From Pseudohongiellaceae bacterium (GTDB lineage Bacteria; Pseudomonadota; Gammaproteobacteria; Pseudomonadales; Pseudohongiellaceae): 64,000 bases of DNA. This document shows, one piece after another, positions 26,602 through 34,728 of the stretch. How positions within the stretch are numbered: the stretch's first letter is position 1; the number at the start of each line of letters is the position of its first letter. The stretch is taken from NCBI GenBank assembly GCA_965661495.1, contig CBFIDY010000003.1, forward strand, positions 38,619 to 102,618, in the 5' to 3' direction. The translations under genes were made by a program, and so were the position numbers. The notes beneath the pieces are model-generated. The model was not told the DNA's origin, did no database searches, and saw only the letters and a program-made list of their open reading frames with translations.

Positions 26602-27495
26602 TTAGTCAGCGAAGCTAGGCACCTTCTTGGGGTGCGCATAGAGCCACTCAACGACTTGTGAGGCGAAGCTGCCAGAGAGCATCGGCACGTGGGAGCCTTC
26701 TTCTATGGTCCACAGCTCAGCTGAGCCCCCCTGCTTGCAGCCTTTGCCGAAGCGCGTGACGCGGGACTCATGACCTTTCAGATTTGCCACAAGATCGCGC
26801 AGTTCACGCTCAGAGCTTTCGCTGCTGCAGCCGTTGTAGCTTGCCCAGCGCTGCACCGATTCGAGTGCGCTCGGATAATAGTTTTCCTGAATCTCGGACC
26901 CCTCATACGCGATAGTCGCGTCTTTAGTGCCGTGAATTTGTAGTACGTGCACGGGGCTCGCGGGAGCCTCGCGCTCGTCTATATGATTGGCGCCGGCCAG
27001 GCTGGCAATGGCGGCGATGGTGTCTGAGTGATCGTAAGCGGCGCGGTAGGACATGAAGCCGCCATTAGAGTGTCCGATCAGGTAGACACGATTGTTATCG
27101 ATTTTGTACTCGCTTTTCATCGTTCTGATGATGTCGCTCACATACGCGGAGTCGTCTACCGCCGTGCGGAAAAAGTCGCAGCAGGCCGCCGAGGCGTTCC
27201 AGAAACGGTTTTCATCACCACCGGGCTCGCGATTGCCATCGGGTGCAACGAGGAAGAAACCGTAGTCGTCGGCGATTTTGCTGAAGCCCATGTAGCTGTC
27301 TTGCATTTGCCCGGACGAGGTATAGCCATGCAGCAGCACTATAAGCGGGGCAGGGGAGGTGCCGTCATAGCCCGAGGGGACTGTAACCGGCAGTTCGCCG
27401 CGCCCCAGGTCGATAGACTGTGCGTTGAGGCTGAAGCTAGCGAGGGTGGCTAGCCCCGCAACGAAAAGTGTTCTGAGTCTTGATTTTATTGTCAT
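26602..27495 (-). CDS. Secreted alpha/beta-hydrolase (esterase, PHB-depolymerase/LpqC-like family)
   Basis: ATG 27495 is preferred (AGGA 7 nt upstream; MTIKSRLRTLFVAGLATLASFS signal peptide); the track ORF starts at 27525. LLHGYTSSG and nucleophile elbow GHSNGG are present. Confidence 0.75.
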   Translation of the reverse strand: MTIKSRLRTLFVAGLATLASFSLNAQSIDLGRGELPVTVPSGYDGTSPAPLIVLLHGYTSSGQMQDSYMGFSKIADDYGFFLVAPDGNREPGGDENRFWNASAACCDFFRTAVDDSAYVSDIIRTMKSEYKIDNNRVYLIGHSNGGFMSYRAAYDHSDTIAAIASLAGANHIDEREAPASPVHVLQIHGTKDATIAYEGSEIQENYYPSALESVQRWASYNGCSSESSERELRDLVANLKGHESRVTRFGKGCKQGGSAELWTIEEGSHVPMLSGSFASQVVEWLYAHPKKVPSFAD

Positions 27496-27550
27496 AATTT
27501 TTCCTAAAATGCTTGCGGCTATCATGCCGTCTTGTCTGTTGCGCTCGAGT

Positions 27551-28423
27551 CTAGCCTAAATCGGCCTTACCGAGATAGGGCACGAGAGTCGGTGTTCGTG
27601 CTTTGTAATCTTTATAGGCCGGGTCGTCACCCCAGCGGGCATCCGCGAGGTTCTCAAGCAGAGGCACGCCGCTAATCTTGAGAAGCAGGAAGCCAACGAA
27701 GACTGGCGATACTAAGGTGACCCATTGCCAGCCTTCGAGGACAGGCAAAGAGACAACCGCGATGCCGATCCACAGGAGGATTTCGCCGAAATAGTTTGGA
27801 TGGCGCGAGATCGACCAGAGGCCGGTGGTGATGAATTTATCGGCGTTCGCGGGATCGTTGCGGAAAGCCGACTTTTGCCTATCAGCGACCACTTCGATTG
27901 TGAACCCGACAATCCATAGCAGCGCCCCAATGGTGAAGAACGCGTCTATAGGCGCGCGGCTTTGCGAGGTCATGGCAGCGAGTCCCGCCGCCATAGTGAT
28001 GAAGACCCAAGTGCCGCCGAGGGTCCAAGTGAACAAAAAGCGGAAAAACAGCGGTTTTATGTGCGTGAAGCGTCTGTCCTGACCTGCTTTTTTAACGCGG
28101 GTGAAGAGGAAGCTGCCGAGTCGCACGGCCCAGACACAGACCGCGGTGCCGACTACTAATGCTCGAAGGTCCATCGAGGGGACTAGCAGAACCGCTAACG
28201 CGACAGTGCAGACGTAGGATATTGATCCGATGAGATCGAAATAGTGTTCGGTCTGAAAAATGTAGGCCGGAATAAATCCGAGCCAGTGCAGCACGAAAGC
28301 AACACTCGCACAGAGCATAAACAGCGGGATACCCGCGTATTCGAGGCTGTTGTTACTGCCAGCGATCGCTATGAGGGCGCTGATGCCCACCGCGACAAGA
28401 CTGGCTAAAAGAGGCTTGAGCAT
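27551..28423 (-). CDS. DUF1295 membrane protein (steroid 5-alpha-reductase/ICMT-like fold)
   Basis: WSISRHPNYFGEILLWIG motif. I prefer ATG 28423 (MLKPLLASLVAVG) over the 46-codon hydrophilic extension in the track ORF. Confidence 0.8.
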   Translation of the reverse strand: MLKPLLASLVAVGISALIAIAGSNNSLEYAGIPLFMLCASVAFVLHWLGFIPAYIFQTEHYFDLIGSISYVCTVALAVLLVPSMDLRALVVGTAVCVWAVRLGSFLFTRVKKAGQDRRFTHIKPLFFRFLFTWTLGGTWVFITMAAGLAAMTSQSRAPIDAFFTIGALLWIVGFTIEVVADRQKSAFRNDPANADKFITTGLWSISRHPNYFGEILLWIGIAVVSLPVLEGWQWVTLVSPVFVGFLLLKISGVPLLENLADARWGDDPAYKDYKARTPTLVPYLGKADLG

Positions 28424-28564
28424 GAGATTTTCCTTGTTATGACACTCTGTGTTCGAGGCCTTTGTTATTGTTGTCGTTACCTTCGATACGTCCACTCTTT
28501 GACGCACGGTTTGCTTGGTGTGTGAGCGCTCTATTCGTTTTTCGCACGGCGATCGTCGCATCCC

Positions 28565-29440
28565 TCAAACTGTGCTGGACATCTCCAGCTTCTTGGCGGG
28601 AACGGGGGCAAAGTCGCCTTCACGCTTCTCTGCATTCGCGGTCATGGCTTCGCGGATTTCGCCGTGACTGAGCATGCTTGCGTTCCAAATACTGATGTAG
28701 TCAAGGCTGTCGGCGGTGCTGTGATCGCGGGAATAGTTAATCAGGCGCTTGCTGCCGTAGACAGCTAATGGCGCTTTCTTAGCGATCTCAGCGGCAATAC
28801 CCATCACGCCTTCAAGCAAGGCCTCCTGAGTTTCGAATACCGCATTGACTAGTCCGAGCGACTTGGCTTCCTCTGCCGCCATGCGTCGGCCTGTGTAGGC
28901 GAGCTCGCGGGCAATGCCTTCGGGAAGCAGTTTGGTGATACGCGGGAAGGTGCCGACGTCTGCCGTCATTCCAATGTTGACTTCGTAGATAGTAATAAAG
29001 CCGTCTTGGCTCATGTAGCGCATATCGCAGGCGGTGATAAGGTCCACGCCGCCGCCGATGGCGCCGCCTTGTATTGCGGCTAGCACGGGCATGCGGCAGT
29101 CTTCTAGACAATTAAACGTGCGCTGCATGCGCAGCACATTGTCGTAGAAGCGCGCACCATGCTGGCGGCGTGCGTGTTCTATCTCCCGGGGATCGTCGCT
29201 GCTTGTCCCGTCGCCGGCAAAGACAGCCGTATCTATCCCGGCAGTGAAGTGCGGGCCGGTAGACGAAATGACTACCACGCGAACCTCTTCGTCCTGCTCG
29301 AGCTGGCTGATTATTTGCGGCAGCTCGTCCCAGAATGCAGGAATCATGCTGTTCCTTTTCTCGGGGCGATTGAGCACGATGTGGGCGATATGGTTGGCGA
29401 TAGAAACGGAGAAGCAGCTAGTATTCACAAGGGTCCTCAT
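28565..29440 (-). CDS. Enoyl-CoA hydratase/isomerase (crotonase) family protein, dienoyl-CoA-isomerase-like
   Basis: LNRPEKRNSM, FTAGID and AAIQGGAIGGGVDLITACD are crotonase-fold motifs. Confidence 0.85.
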   Translation of the reverse strand: MRTLVNTSCFSVSIANHIAHIVLNRPEKRNSMIPAFWDELPQIISQLEQDEEVRVVVISSTGPHFTAGIDTAVFAGDGTSSDDPREIEHARRQHGARFYDNVLRMQRTFNCLEDCRMPVLAAIQGGAIGGGVDLITACDMRYMSQDGFITIYEVNIGMTADVGTFPRITKLLPEGIARELAYTGRRMAAEEAKSLGLVNAVFETQEALLEGVMGIAAEIAKKAPLAVYGSKRLINYSRDHSTADSLDYISIWNASMLSHGEIREAMTANAEKREGDFAPVPAKKLEMSSTV

Positions 29441-29553
29441 ACAGATTCGGTAGTGCTTTGGCCTGTCAATGAATGTCTGCGCAAAAGCAGGTTAAAACAG
29501 CAGATCAGCAGACTACCCCACTCAGCGAAAGTGTCAATTCATCACTCGCGCGG

Positions 29554-30495
29554 CTAAAGTCGCTGCTCAACTAATGCGGCAACCGCGTCATCAATCGACT
29601 GCATCTGCGGGCGTAGCCCTAGCGCGTCTAACTGCGCAGAACGCACGTTGGTACTGCCCAAGAGCAGCGTGCGGCCCATTTCACCAAACAAAAGGCTAAT
29701 GAACCCCGCGGGTAGGGGGAAGGGGGTCGGTCGCTTTAGCGCCTTACCCAGCGCCGCAGTAAAGCGCGTATTGCTCACGGCTTCGTCAGTGACCAGATTA
29801 AGAGCCGCGTGGCCGTCTTTTGTCTGTAGGCTCTGAATCTTCGATGGCTGCTCCACAAGCGCTGATATTATTCGCAGCACATCGGGTAAGGCTATCCAGC
29901 TCATGAGCTGTTCGCCGTTCCCGAGGCGGCCTCCTGCGCACAGTTTGAAAGGCATTAGCAGCTTGCCCAATACGCCGCCGTGGGTGCTGAGCACGACGCC
30001 TAAGCGTAAATGCAATGTCGAGATCTGTGCCTCGCGGGCAGCTAAGGTTGCGCTTTCCCAGTGTTTAGCCACGTCGGCGAGGAAATCTGTACCCGCGGGC
30101 GAGCCTTCGTCGAATGCGATTTCGTTGGCCGCCGAGGCCGAGGGGCCGTAGTAGCCTATCGCGGAGGCCGACAAGAATAGCGCAGGCTTGTGCTCGGCAT
30201 CAGCGAGCGCCTCAGACAGTGCCTGCGTGAGGTCGCGTCTAGATTCTAAGATCTGGCGTTTGCGGGCATTACTCCAGCGGCCATCCGCAATACTCGGTCC
30301 TGCGAGGTTGATAACCGCGTACAGGGGTTGGCTCGAAGATAGATGTACACGCTTCGCAGCCGCATCATAGTAGAACGCTGAGTTAGTATCGTGGCGGTTC
30401 AGGGTGGCGACTTTATAGCCTTGCTGAGACAGCTCTGTACTTAGCGGGCTGCCTATCAGCCCGCTAGCGCCAGTAATTAATATCAGTTTGCTCAC
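29554..30495 (-). CDS. TIGR01777-type NAD-dependent epimerase-like protein (YfcH/SDR39U1 family)
   Basis: N-terminal ILITGASGLIGSPL, length and a DUF1731-like C-terminus. Confidence 0.8.
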   Translation of the reverse strand: MSKLILITGASGLIGSPLSTELSQQGYKVATLNRHDTNSAFYYDAAAKRVHLSSSQPLYAVINLAGPSIADGRWSNARKRQILESRRDLTQALSEALADAEHKPALFLSASAIGYYGPSASAANEIAFDEGSPAGTDFLADVAKHWESATLAAREAQISTLHLRLGVVLSTHGGVLGKLLMPFKLCAGGRLGNGEQLMSWIALPDVLRIISALVEQPSKIQSLQTKDGHAALNLVTDEAVSNTRFTAALGKALKRPTPFPLPAGFISLLFGEMGRTLLLGSTNVRSAQLDALGLRPQMQSIDDAVAALVEQRL

Positions 30496-30537
30496 GTGCG
30501 CTCCTTGCTCGTGCAGGGGTGGGTTACGCTGTAATTA

Positions 30538-31272
30538 TTAGCGGAGCGCAGCGAGACGTTCATCATCTAATTCAATTTCGACGTGAATCTCATTGCGCCG
30601 CATAAACGGCGGCGTGAAGGGCGGATTATAAACGGCTGTTGCGAAGTCGCCAGAGTGCTTAATGGAGGCGTCGCGCAGATGAGTCTCTAAGCGCCGAGTG
30701 AATTTGTCGACATTCTTCTGTGTCCAGCGCCCCGAGTAGCGAATGCTGGCGACAAGCCTCGCAGGCACTTGTCGAAGGCTTACCGCTTTGTCAGTCGGCA
30801 CGGGGGCAGAGCTCAGGTCGAACTTGCTAGGCAGCATGAAGGCCATTTTAGCGCCTTGGGCGCTGTCTGTGCCTGCTGACTCGAATACCGGCGCTGTCAT
30901 GGCGATCTTGGTTTGGGCTGACTGCATGACGGGCGAGGTCATGGCAATGTCGGCGCTGGGCACGTTGGCGCCGCTAATGTAATCAAACAGGCGCATAAAG
31001 CCGTCGCGGTCGTTGGTCTTACCCCTGCTGTCACTCGTCATCGGTGTTTCGACTACGGTGAACGGCTCGTAGAGTCGATATTCGATGTCTCCTTCGGCGT
31101 GGAGAACCTCATAAGCCGGCGTTTCTAGGCCATAACTGGCCGACGCTTTAAGCAGGACCAGTAGGAGGAGCGCGCTGCTTAGCAGATCCTTGAATCCACG
31201 CGGCTTGGGCGAGGGCAGGACGCTGAGGCCGTTAGGGTGTTTCAGGCTAGTCAAATAGTATCCGCGCTGCAT
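30538..31272 (-). CDS. SOUL heme-binding-family protein, secreted
   Basis: ETPAYEVLHAEGDIEYRLYEP and RYSGRW..., YNPPFTPPFMRRNEI are SOUL/HEBP-like motifs. A signal/anchor segment precedes them. Confidence 0.7.
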   Translation of the reverse strand: MQRGYYLTSLKHPNGLSVLPSPKPRGFKDLLSSALLLLVLLKASASYGLETPAYEVLHAEGDIEYRLYEPFTVVETPMTSDSRGKTNDRDGFMRLFDYISGANVPSADIAMTSPVMQSAQTKIAMTAPVFESAGTDSAQGAKMAFMLPSKFDLSSAPVPTDKAVSLRQVPARLVASIRYSGRWTQKNVDKFTRRLETHLRDASIKHSGDFATAVYNPPFTPPFMRRNEIHVEIELDDERLAALR

Positions 31273-31691
31273 GAGAGAACTCTGTGGTGTTTAAGTACAG
31301 GGCATAACGTCTTGATAGGCCGCTTGGTTTTACTTGAATGATTGGGTGACAATTAGTCACAGCGCTAGAGACAGCGCTCTTCCGCTGGATGTTGTGTTGG
31401 GGGGTGGGGTGTTCAGTCAGATCGTATTATCTAATCGAAGCCTGAAAATCGCCGCAGACGGGCTCTCCTGTGGCTTCTAGCAACCGCGCTTCTGCCAACG
31501 CGACAGCGCGGGTTTCGGCGCAGAGGATCGGACGTTCAGAATCTCAACTGCCAGGTGATCCACGGCGAAACTAGGCGCGTTAGAAGAGGTAGGACAGTGT
31601 TATCTCTCCTGAGATCAACTAGTGAACCCATCCTCGCTAGTCCCCTCAATGTCCTATTCTAGCTGTAACTCAGTTAGTCCCTAGAAGCTTG

Positions 31692-31718
31692 AAGGCCGAC
31701 TCTGTCGGCCTTTTTTTT
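31692..31718 (+). terminator. Strong plus-strand intrinsic terminator with no plus-strand ORF upstream
   Basis: AAGGCCGAC-TCT-GTCGGCCTT followed by T8. On the minus strand the post-stem tract is poor (TTCAAGCTTCT). Confidence 0.7.
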
Positions 31719-31785
31719 GCGCCTAATTTGGCGGCAAACGCGAGAAAATTGGGCTTTAGCGCGCAGCTTTGCAGAGTCGATCGAG

Positions 31786-32703
31786 TTAAGGATTGTCTGC
31801 AATAAATTGAATGACGACCTCGGCGAAGGCTTCCCCTCGGTCTTCCTGTAAGAAATGTCCGCCGCCTTCGATTATCGTGTGCTTCTGGCCTTTGGCGCCG
31901 GGCACTGTTCCCTGAAACAGCTTGTCACCGCCCTTGGTTATCGGGTCCCCGTCGCTGAAGGACGTTAAAAAGGGCTTCTCCCACTGCTTGTACACCTCCC
32001 ACGCCGCGCGATTCGCCTCTGCCGCGGGGTCGTCGCTCGAAATAGGCACTAAAAGAGGCAGAGCCAAGGCGCCGGCCTTGTAGGCGGGGCTTGGAAAAGG
32101 CGCATCGTACGCCGCGATGACAGCATCACCGTGCGCGCCTCCAACTATCCTTCCTACAGGCATATCACCCATTTGCTGCATGCGCGCAGCTTGCTCTCGC
32201 CAAGCAGTAAATCCCGGCCCAATCGGCTCATCCCCAGTGGGGAGCGCTCCGTTGCCAAGCACAATGCGTGCAAATCGCTTGGGATTCTCAGCGGCAACGC
32301 GCAGACCAATGAGGCTGCCCCAATCCTGCACTACCAGGGTAATGTTCTGTAGACCCAGAGTCTGGACCAATTCAGTGATGGCCTCTACGTGGAATAAGTA
32401 GCTGTGAGTCTCAATCGTTGCTGGTTTATCAGATTTACCAAAGCCAATGAGATCGGGCGCAATGACGCGATGCCCCGCTGTGACTACCGGCGGTATCATT
32501 TTGCGGTAGAGATAGCTCCAACTAGGTTCCCCGTGCAGCATGAGCACGGGATCGGCGTCTGCAGGCCCTTCGTCAAGATAGTGCACGCGGTATTCACCAA
32601 TCTCAGTGTAGTTGGGCTCAAAGTCGTAGCCAGGGAGGTTCTCGAAGCGACTGTCTGGCGTGCGGTAGATACCGGGTTTAATTTCGTCGGCCGTGGTGGT
32701 CAT
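31786..32703 (-). CDS. Haloalkane dehalogenase, HLD-I (DhlA-like)
   Basis: The track ORF (to 33132) overlaps the DUF1761 gene. The only plausible start is ATG 32703 (AGGA 8 nt upstream). HGEPSWSYLYRKMIP, VIAPDLIGFGKSDKP, nucleophile VVQDWGS, FTAWR and GGGHFLQED line up with DhlA as I remember it. Confidence 0.87.
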   Translation of the reverse strand: MTTTADEIKPGIYRTPDSRFENLPGYDFEPNYTEIGEYRVHYLDEGPADADPVLMLHGEPSWSYLYRKMIPPVVTAGHRVIAPDLIGFGKSDKPATIETHSYLFHVEAITELVQTLGLQNITLVVQDWGSLIGLRVAAENPKRFARIVLGNGALPTGDEPIGPGFTAWREQAARMQQMGDMPVGRIVGGAHGDAVIAAYDAPFPSPAYKAGALALPLLVPISSDDPAAEANRAAWEVYKQWEKPFLTSFSDGDPITKGGDKLFQGTVPGAKGQKHTIIEGGGHFLQEDRGEAFAEVVIQFIADNP

Positions 32704-32834
32704 AGTGAATCCTAAGGTGAGCCCAATCAGTGCGGCGGCAAATGACGCTGAACGTAAAGAAGAACATGCGTTGCTACTAAAGATTTTTACAGGGAGTACT
32801 CGCTGGGTTTTGAGGCGGTGAGCGCCTTGGAAAG

Positions 32835-33233
32835 TCAGAACGTGAGAATAGCGCCAATGAGAGTGAGTGCCAGCGTGCAGTATCCGCCGTTGATGAAAAC
32901 AGCGGCTGCGGGTCGCGCTTCGAATAGATACAGAATTGCCAGTAGCGGTATCAGCCAGCCGATACCGGCTCCAAAGCCCATGAGCAAACCGTGTGTCAGT
33001 GCTGGTTCTGGCCCCAAAAATACCGACATGGTCGTTGCGACGACTAGTGCTAACAGGAAAGCGGCGACGAATACCTTGCGCATTGAGCGGCCGGCGAGAG
33101 CCTCGGCGTTGGCGCCAAGGGATCGCTGCCACGCCTTGCCGAAGAGCGGCCCGTACCAGAGTCCGCCAAGGAGGAAACTGGAGCAGGCAGCGATGAGAAT
33201 TAAACTAAGCTTGAGCTGTATTGTGATTTCCAT
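32835..33233 (-). CDS. DUF1761 membrane protein
   Basis: 132 aa. The N-terminal LLGGLWYGPLFGKAW motif is typical of DUF1761. Confidence 0.7.
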   Translation of the reverse strand: MEITIQLKLSLILIAACSSFLLGGLWYGPLFGKAWQRSLGANAEALAGRSMRKVFVAAFLLALVVATTMSVFLGPEPALTHGLLMGFGAGIGWLIPLLAILYLFEARPAAAVFINGGYCTLALTLIGAILTF

Positions 33234-33257
33234 GCCGTCCCTTCTTATTAGGCAGGA

Positions 33258-33902
33258 TTAATTGCCAAGCAGTCCGCTTTGGGCAATTCCGTCAAAAATA
33301 AACTGCACAGCGAGCGCAGACAGTAGCACACCAAATATTCTCGTCACCACATGCATGCCGGTGACGCCGAACAGCCGTTGGATTTTGCTGGCGAGTAGCA
33401 GCATGCTGAAGGTCAGGGCGATGATGGCGAGCAGAGACGCGAGCACCGCAGCTTGCAAAGCCAGCTCGCCCTCCGTATTGGCCATCAGCAGGATCACTGC
33501 ACCCATTGCGCCTGGTCCCGCGATCAAGGGGGTAGCTATAGGGAATACCGAAATATCACGTTTGCCAATTGCTTCCTGCTCCTCCTCGTCAGTAGTCGAA
33601 GTGCTGCCGGATGCGCGGGCGAAAACCATATCAATGCCAATAAGCAGAAGGAGAATGCCGCCGCCGGTGCGCAGCGCAGCAAGAGAAATACCCAGCGCGC
33701 TGAGTAGAGACTCTCCAACCAAAGCGAAGAGAATAAGGATGCTTGTTGCGATAGCGGTGCCGCGCACGGCCATGCGCCTGCGATGTTTAGCAGTTTCGCC
33801 CGCGGTTAGCGCGGCGAACACGGCGGCAACATCTAAGGGGCCAATTGTCGCGAAGAAGGTGGCGAGGCCGACCGTCGCTGTTTCAATCACCAAGTTGTCC
33901 AT
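33258..33902 (-). CDS. MarC-family (UPF0056/NAAT) membrane protein
   Basis: 214 aa with six TM helices, FFATIGPLDVAAVFAALT and a C-terminal RIFGVLLSALAVQFI. Confidence 0.85.
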   Translation of the reverse strand: MDNLVIETATVGLATFFATIGPLDVAAVFAALTAGETAKHRRRMAVRGTAIATSILILFALVGESLLSALGISLAALRTGGGILLLLIGIDMVFARASGSTSTTDEEEQEAIGKRDISVFPIATPLIAGPGAMGAVILLMANTEGELALQAAVLASLLAIIALTFSMLLLASKIQRLFGVTGMHVVTRIFGVLLSALAVQFIFDGIAQSGLLGN

Positions 33903-33935
33903 ACTGTAAGCCTGCTCCTGCGGGTTGGCGCCTTT

Positions 33936-34634
33936 TTAGTCTTCGGCAAGCGCTGCGTCGATCGCTGCCTGCGCGTGAATTGCCGTGGTGTCAAAGAGAG
34001 GTATCGGCGTATCTGCTTGCTGCACGAGGAGAGCTATTTCGGTGCAGCCTAAGATTACTGCTTGGGCGCCTTGGTCACTCAGCGCTGCGATAGTGTCGAG
34101 GTAAAAGCTTTTCGATTCCTCTCGCAGCGTGCCGAGGCAGAGCTCGTCGTAAATGATGCCGCTAATCTTCGCTCTTGCCGCGCTCTCGGGAACGACCACG
34201 TTGATCCCAAAGCGTTCTTGCAAACGACCTTTGTAAAACTCTTCTTCCATGGTGAAGCGCGTGCCAAGCAGGCCAACGCGGCTTACGCCCGCGGCGACCA
34301 ACGAGGCCGCCGTGGCATCGGCTATGTGTATCAGCGGAATGTTTATTGCAGACTCTATCGGCGCAGCGACCTTGTGCATCGTGTTAGTACAAATCAGCAG
34401 AAAATCGGCTCCGCCAGCCTGAATATTTCGAGCTTGCTGTGCGAGGAGTTTGCCCGCTTCGTCCCAGTCTCCGCTGTGTTGCAAGGACTCGACTTCCTCG
34501 AAGTCGACGCTGACAAGGCAAAGTTTCGCTGAATGCAGACCGCCGAGCCGTTCTTTAATGCCTTGGTTGATGGCTCGATAATAGCTTGCTGTAGACTCCC
34601 AGCTCATGCCGCCGAGTAGGCCGATGGTTTTCAT
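33936..34634 (-). CDS. Aspartate/glutamate racemase-family protein (aspartate racemase-like)
   Basis: MKTIGLLGGMSWESTASYY, LICTNTMH and ILGCTEI, which carry the two catalytic Cys motifs. Confidence 0.85.
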   Translation of the reverse strand: MKTIGLLGGMSWESTASYYRAINQGIKERLGGLHSAKLCLVSVDFEEVESLQHSGDWDEAGKLLAQQARNIQAGGADFLLICTNTMHKVAAPIESAINIPLIHIADATAASLVAAGVSRVGLLGTRFTMEEEFYKGRLQERFGINVVVPESAARAKISGIIYDELCLGTLREESKSFYLDTIAALSDQGAQAVILGCTEIALLVQQADTPIPLFDTTAIHAQAAIDAALAED

Positions 34635-34681
34635 AAGTGATGTTCTCGTCAGCTAACATTAAAAGTGCAAAGTACAGAAAG

Positions 34682-34708
34682 CACAAAGCCCGCATGGCGG
34701 GCTTTGTG
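34682..34708 (-). terminator. Hairpin terminator downstream of the sugar dehydrogenase gene
   Basis: CACAAAGCCCGC-ATG-GCGGGCTTTGTG, a perfect 12-bp stem. The minus-strand tail is CTTTCTGT. Confidence 0.6.
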
Positions 34709-34728
34709 GAGTCTAAGCAGGTGCCTGC

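Noticed and set aside
31273-31785. Known structured RNAs in the ORF-free gap (tmRNA, RNase P RNA, 6S RNA, 4.5S/SRP RNA, TPP or cobalamin riboswitch).
   Set aside because: By eye I found no tRNA-like end with a GGTTCGAA T-arm/ACCA terminus, no GGAAGGAAGCAGCC SRP motif, no RNase P P4 core and no B12 box. The isolated CTGAGA is not in a TPP context. The region remains unassigned rather than called.
31786-33132. 448-aa version of the haloalkane dehalogenase ORF.
   Set aside because: The 143-codon N-terminal extension is Arg/Ser/His-rich junk and overlaps the well-supported DUF1761 gene (32835-33233) in another frame. ATG 32703 with an AGGA RBS gives a canonical-length enzyme. Similar over-long track ORFs were trimmed at 10473-11966, 27551-28561, 26602-27525, 44404-45444, 56794-59136 and 61034-62239.
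33262-33909. 215-aa plus-strand ORF mirroring the whole MarC gene.
   Set aside because: Its translation is low-complexity (S/A/P/R-rich), as expected for the antisense frame of a GC-rich membrane-protein gene. The minus-strand product has clear MarC-family motifs. I treat it as a shadow ORF.
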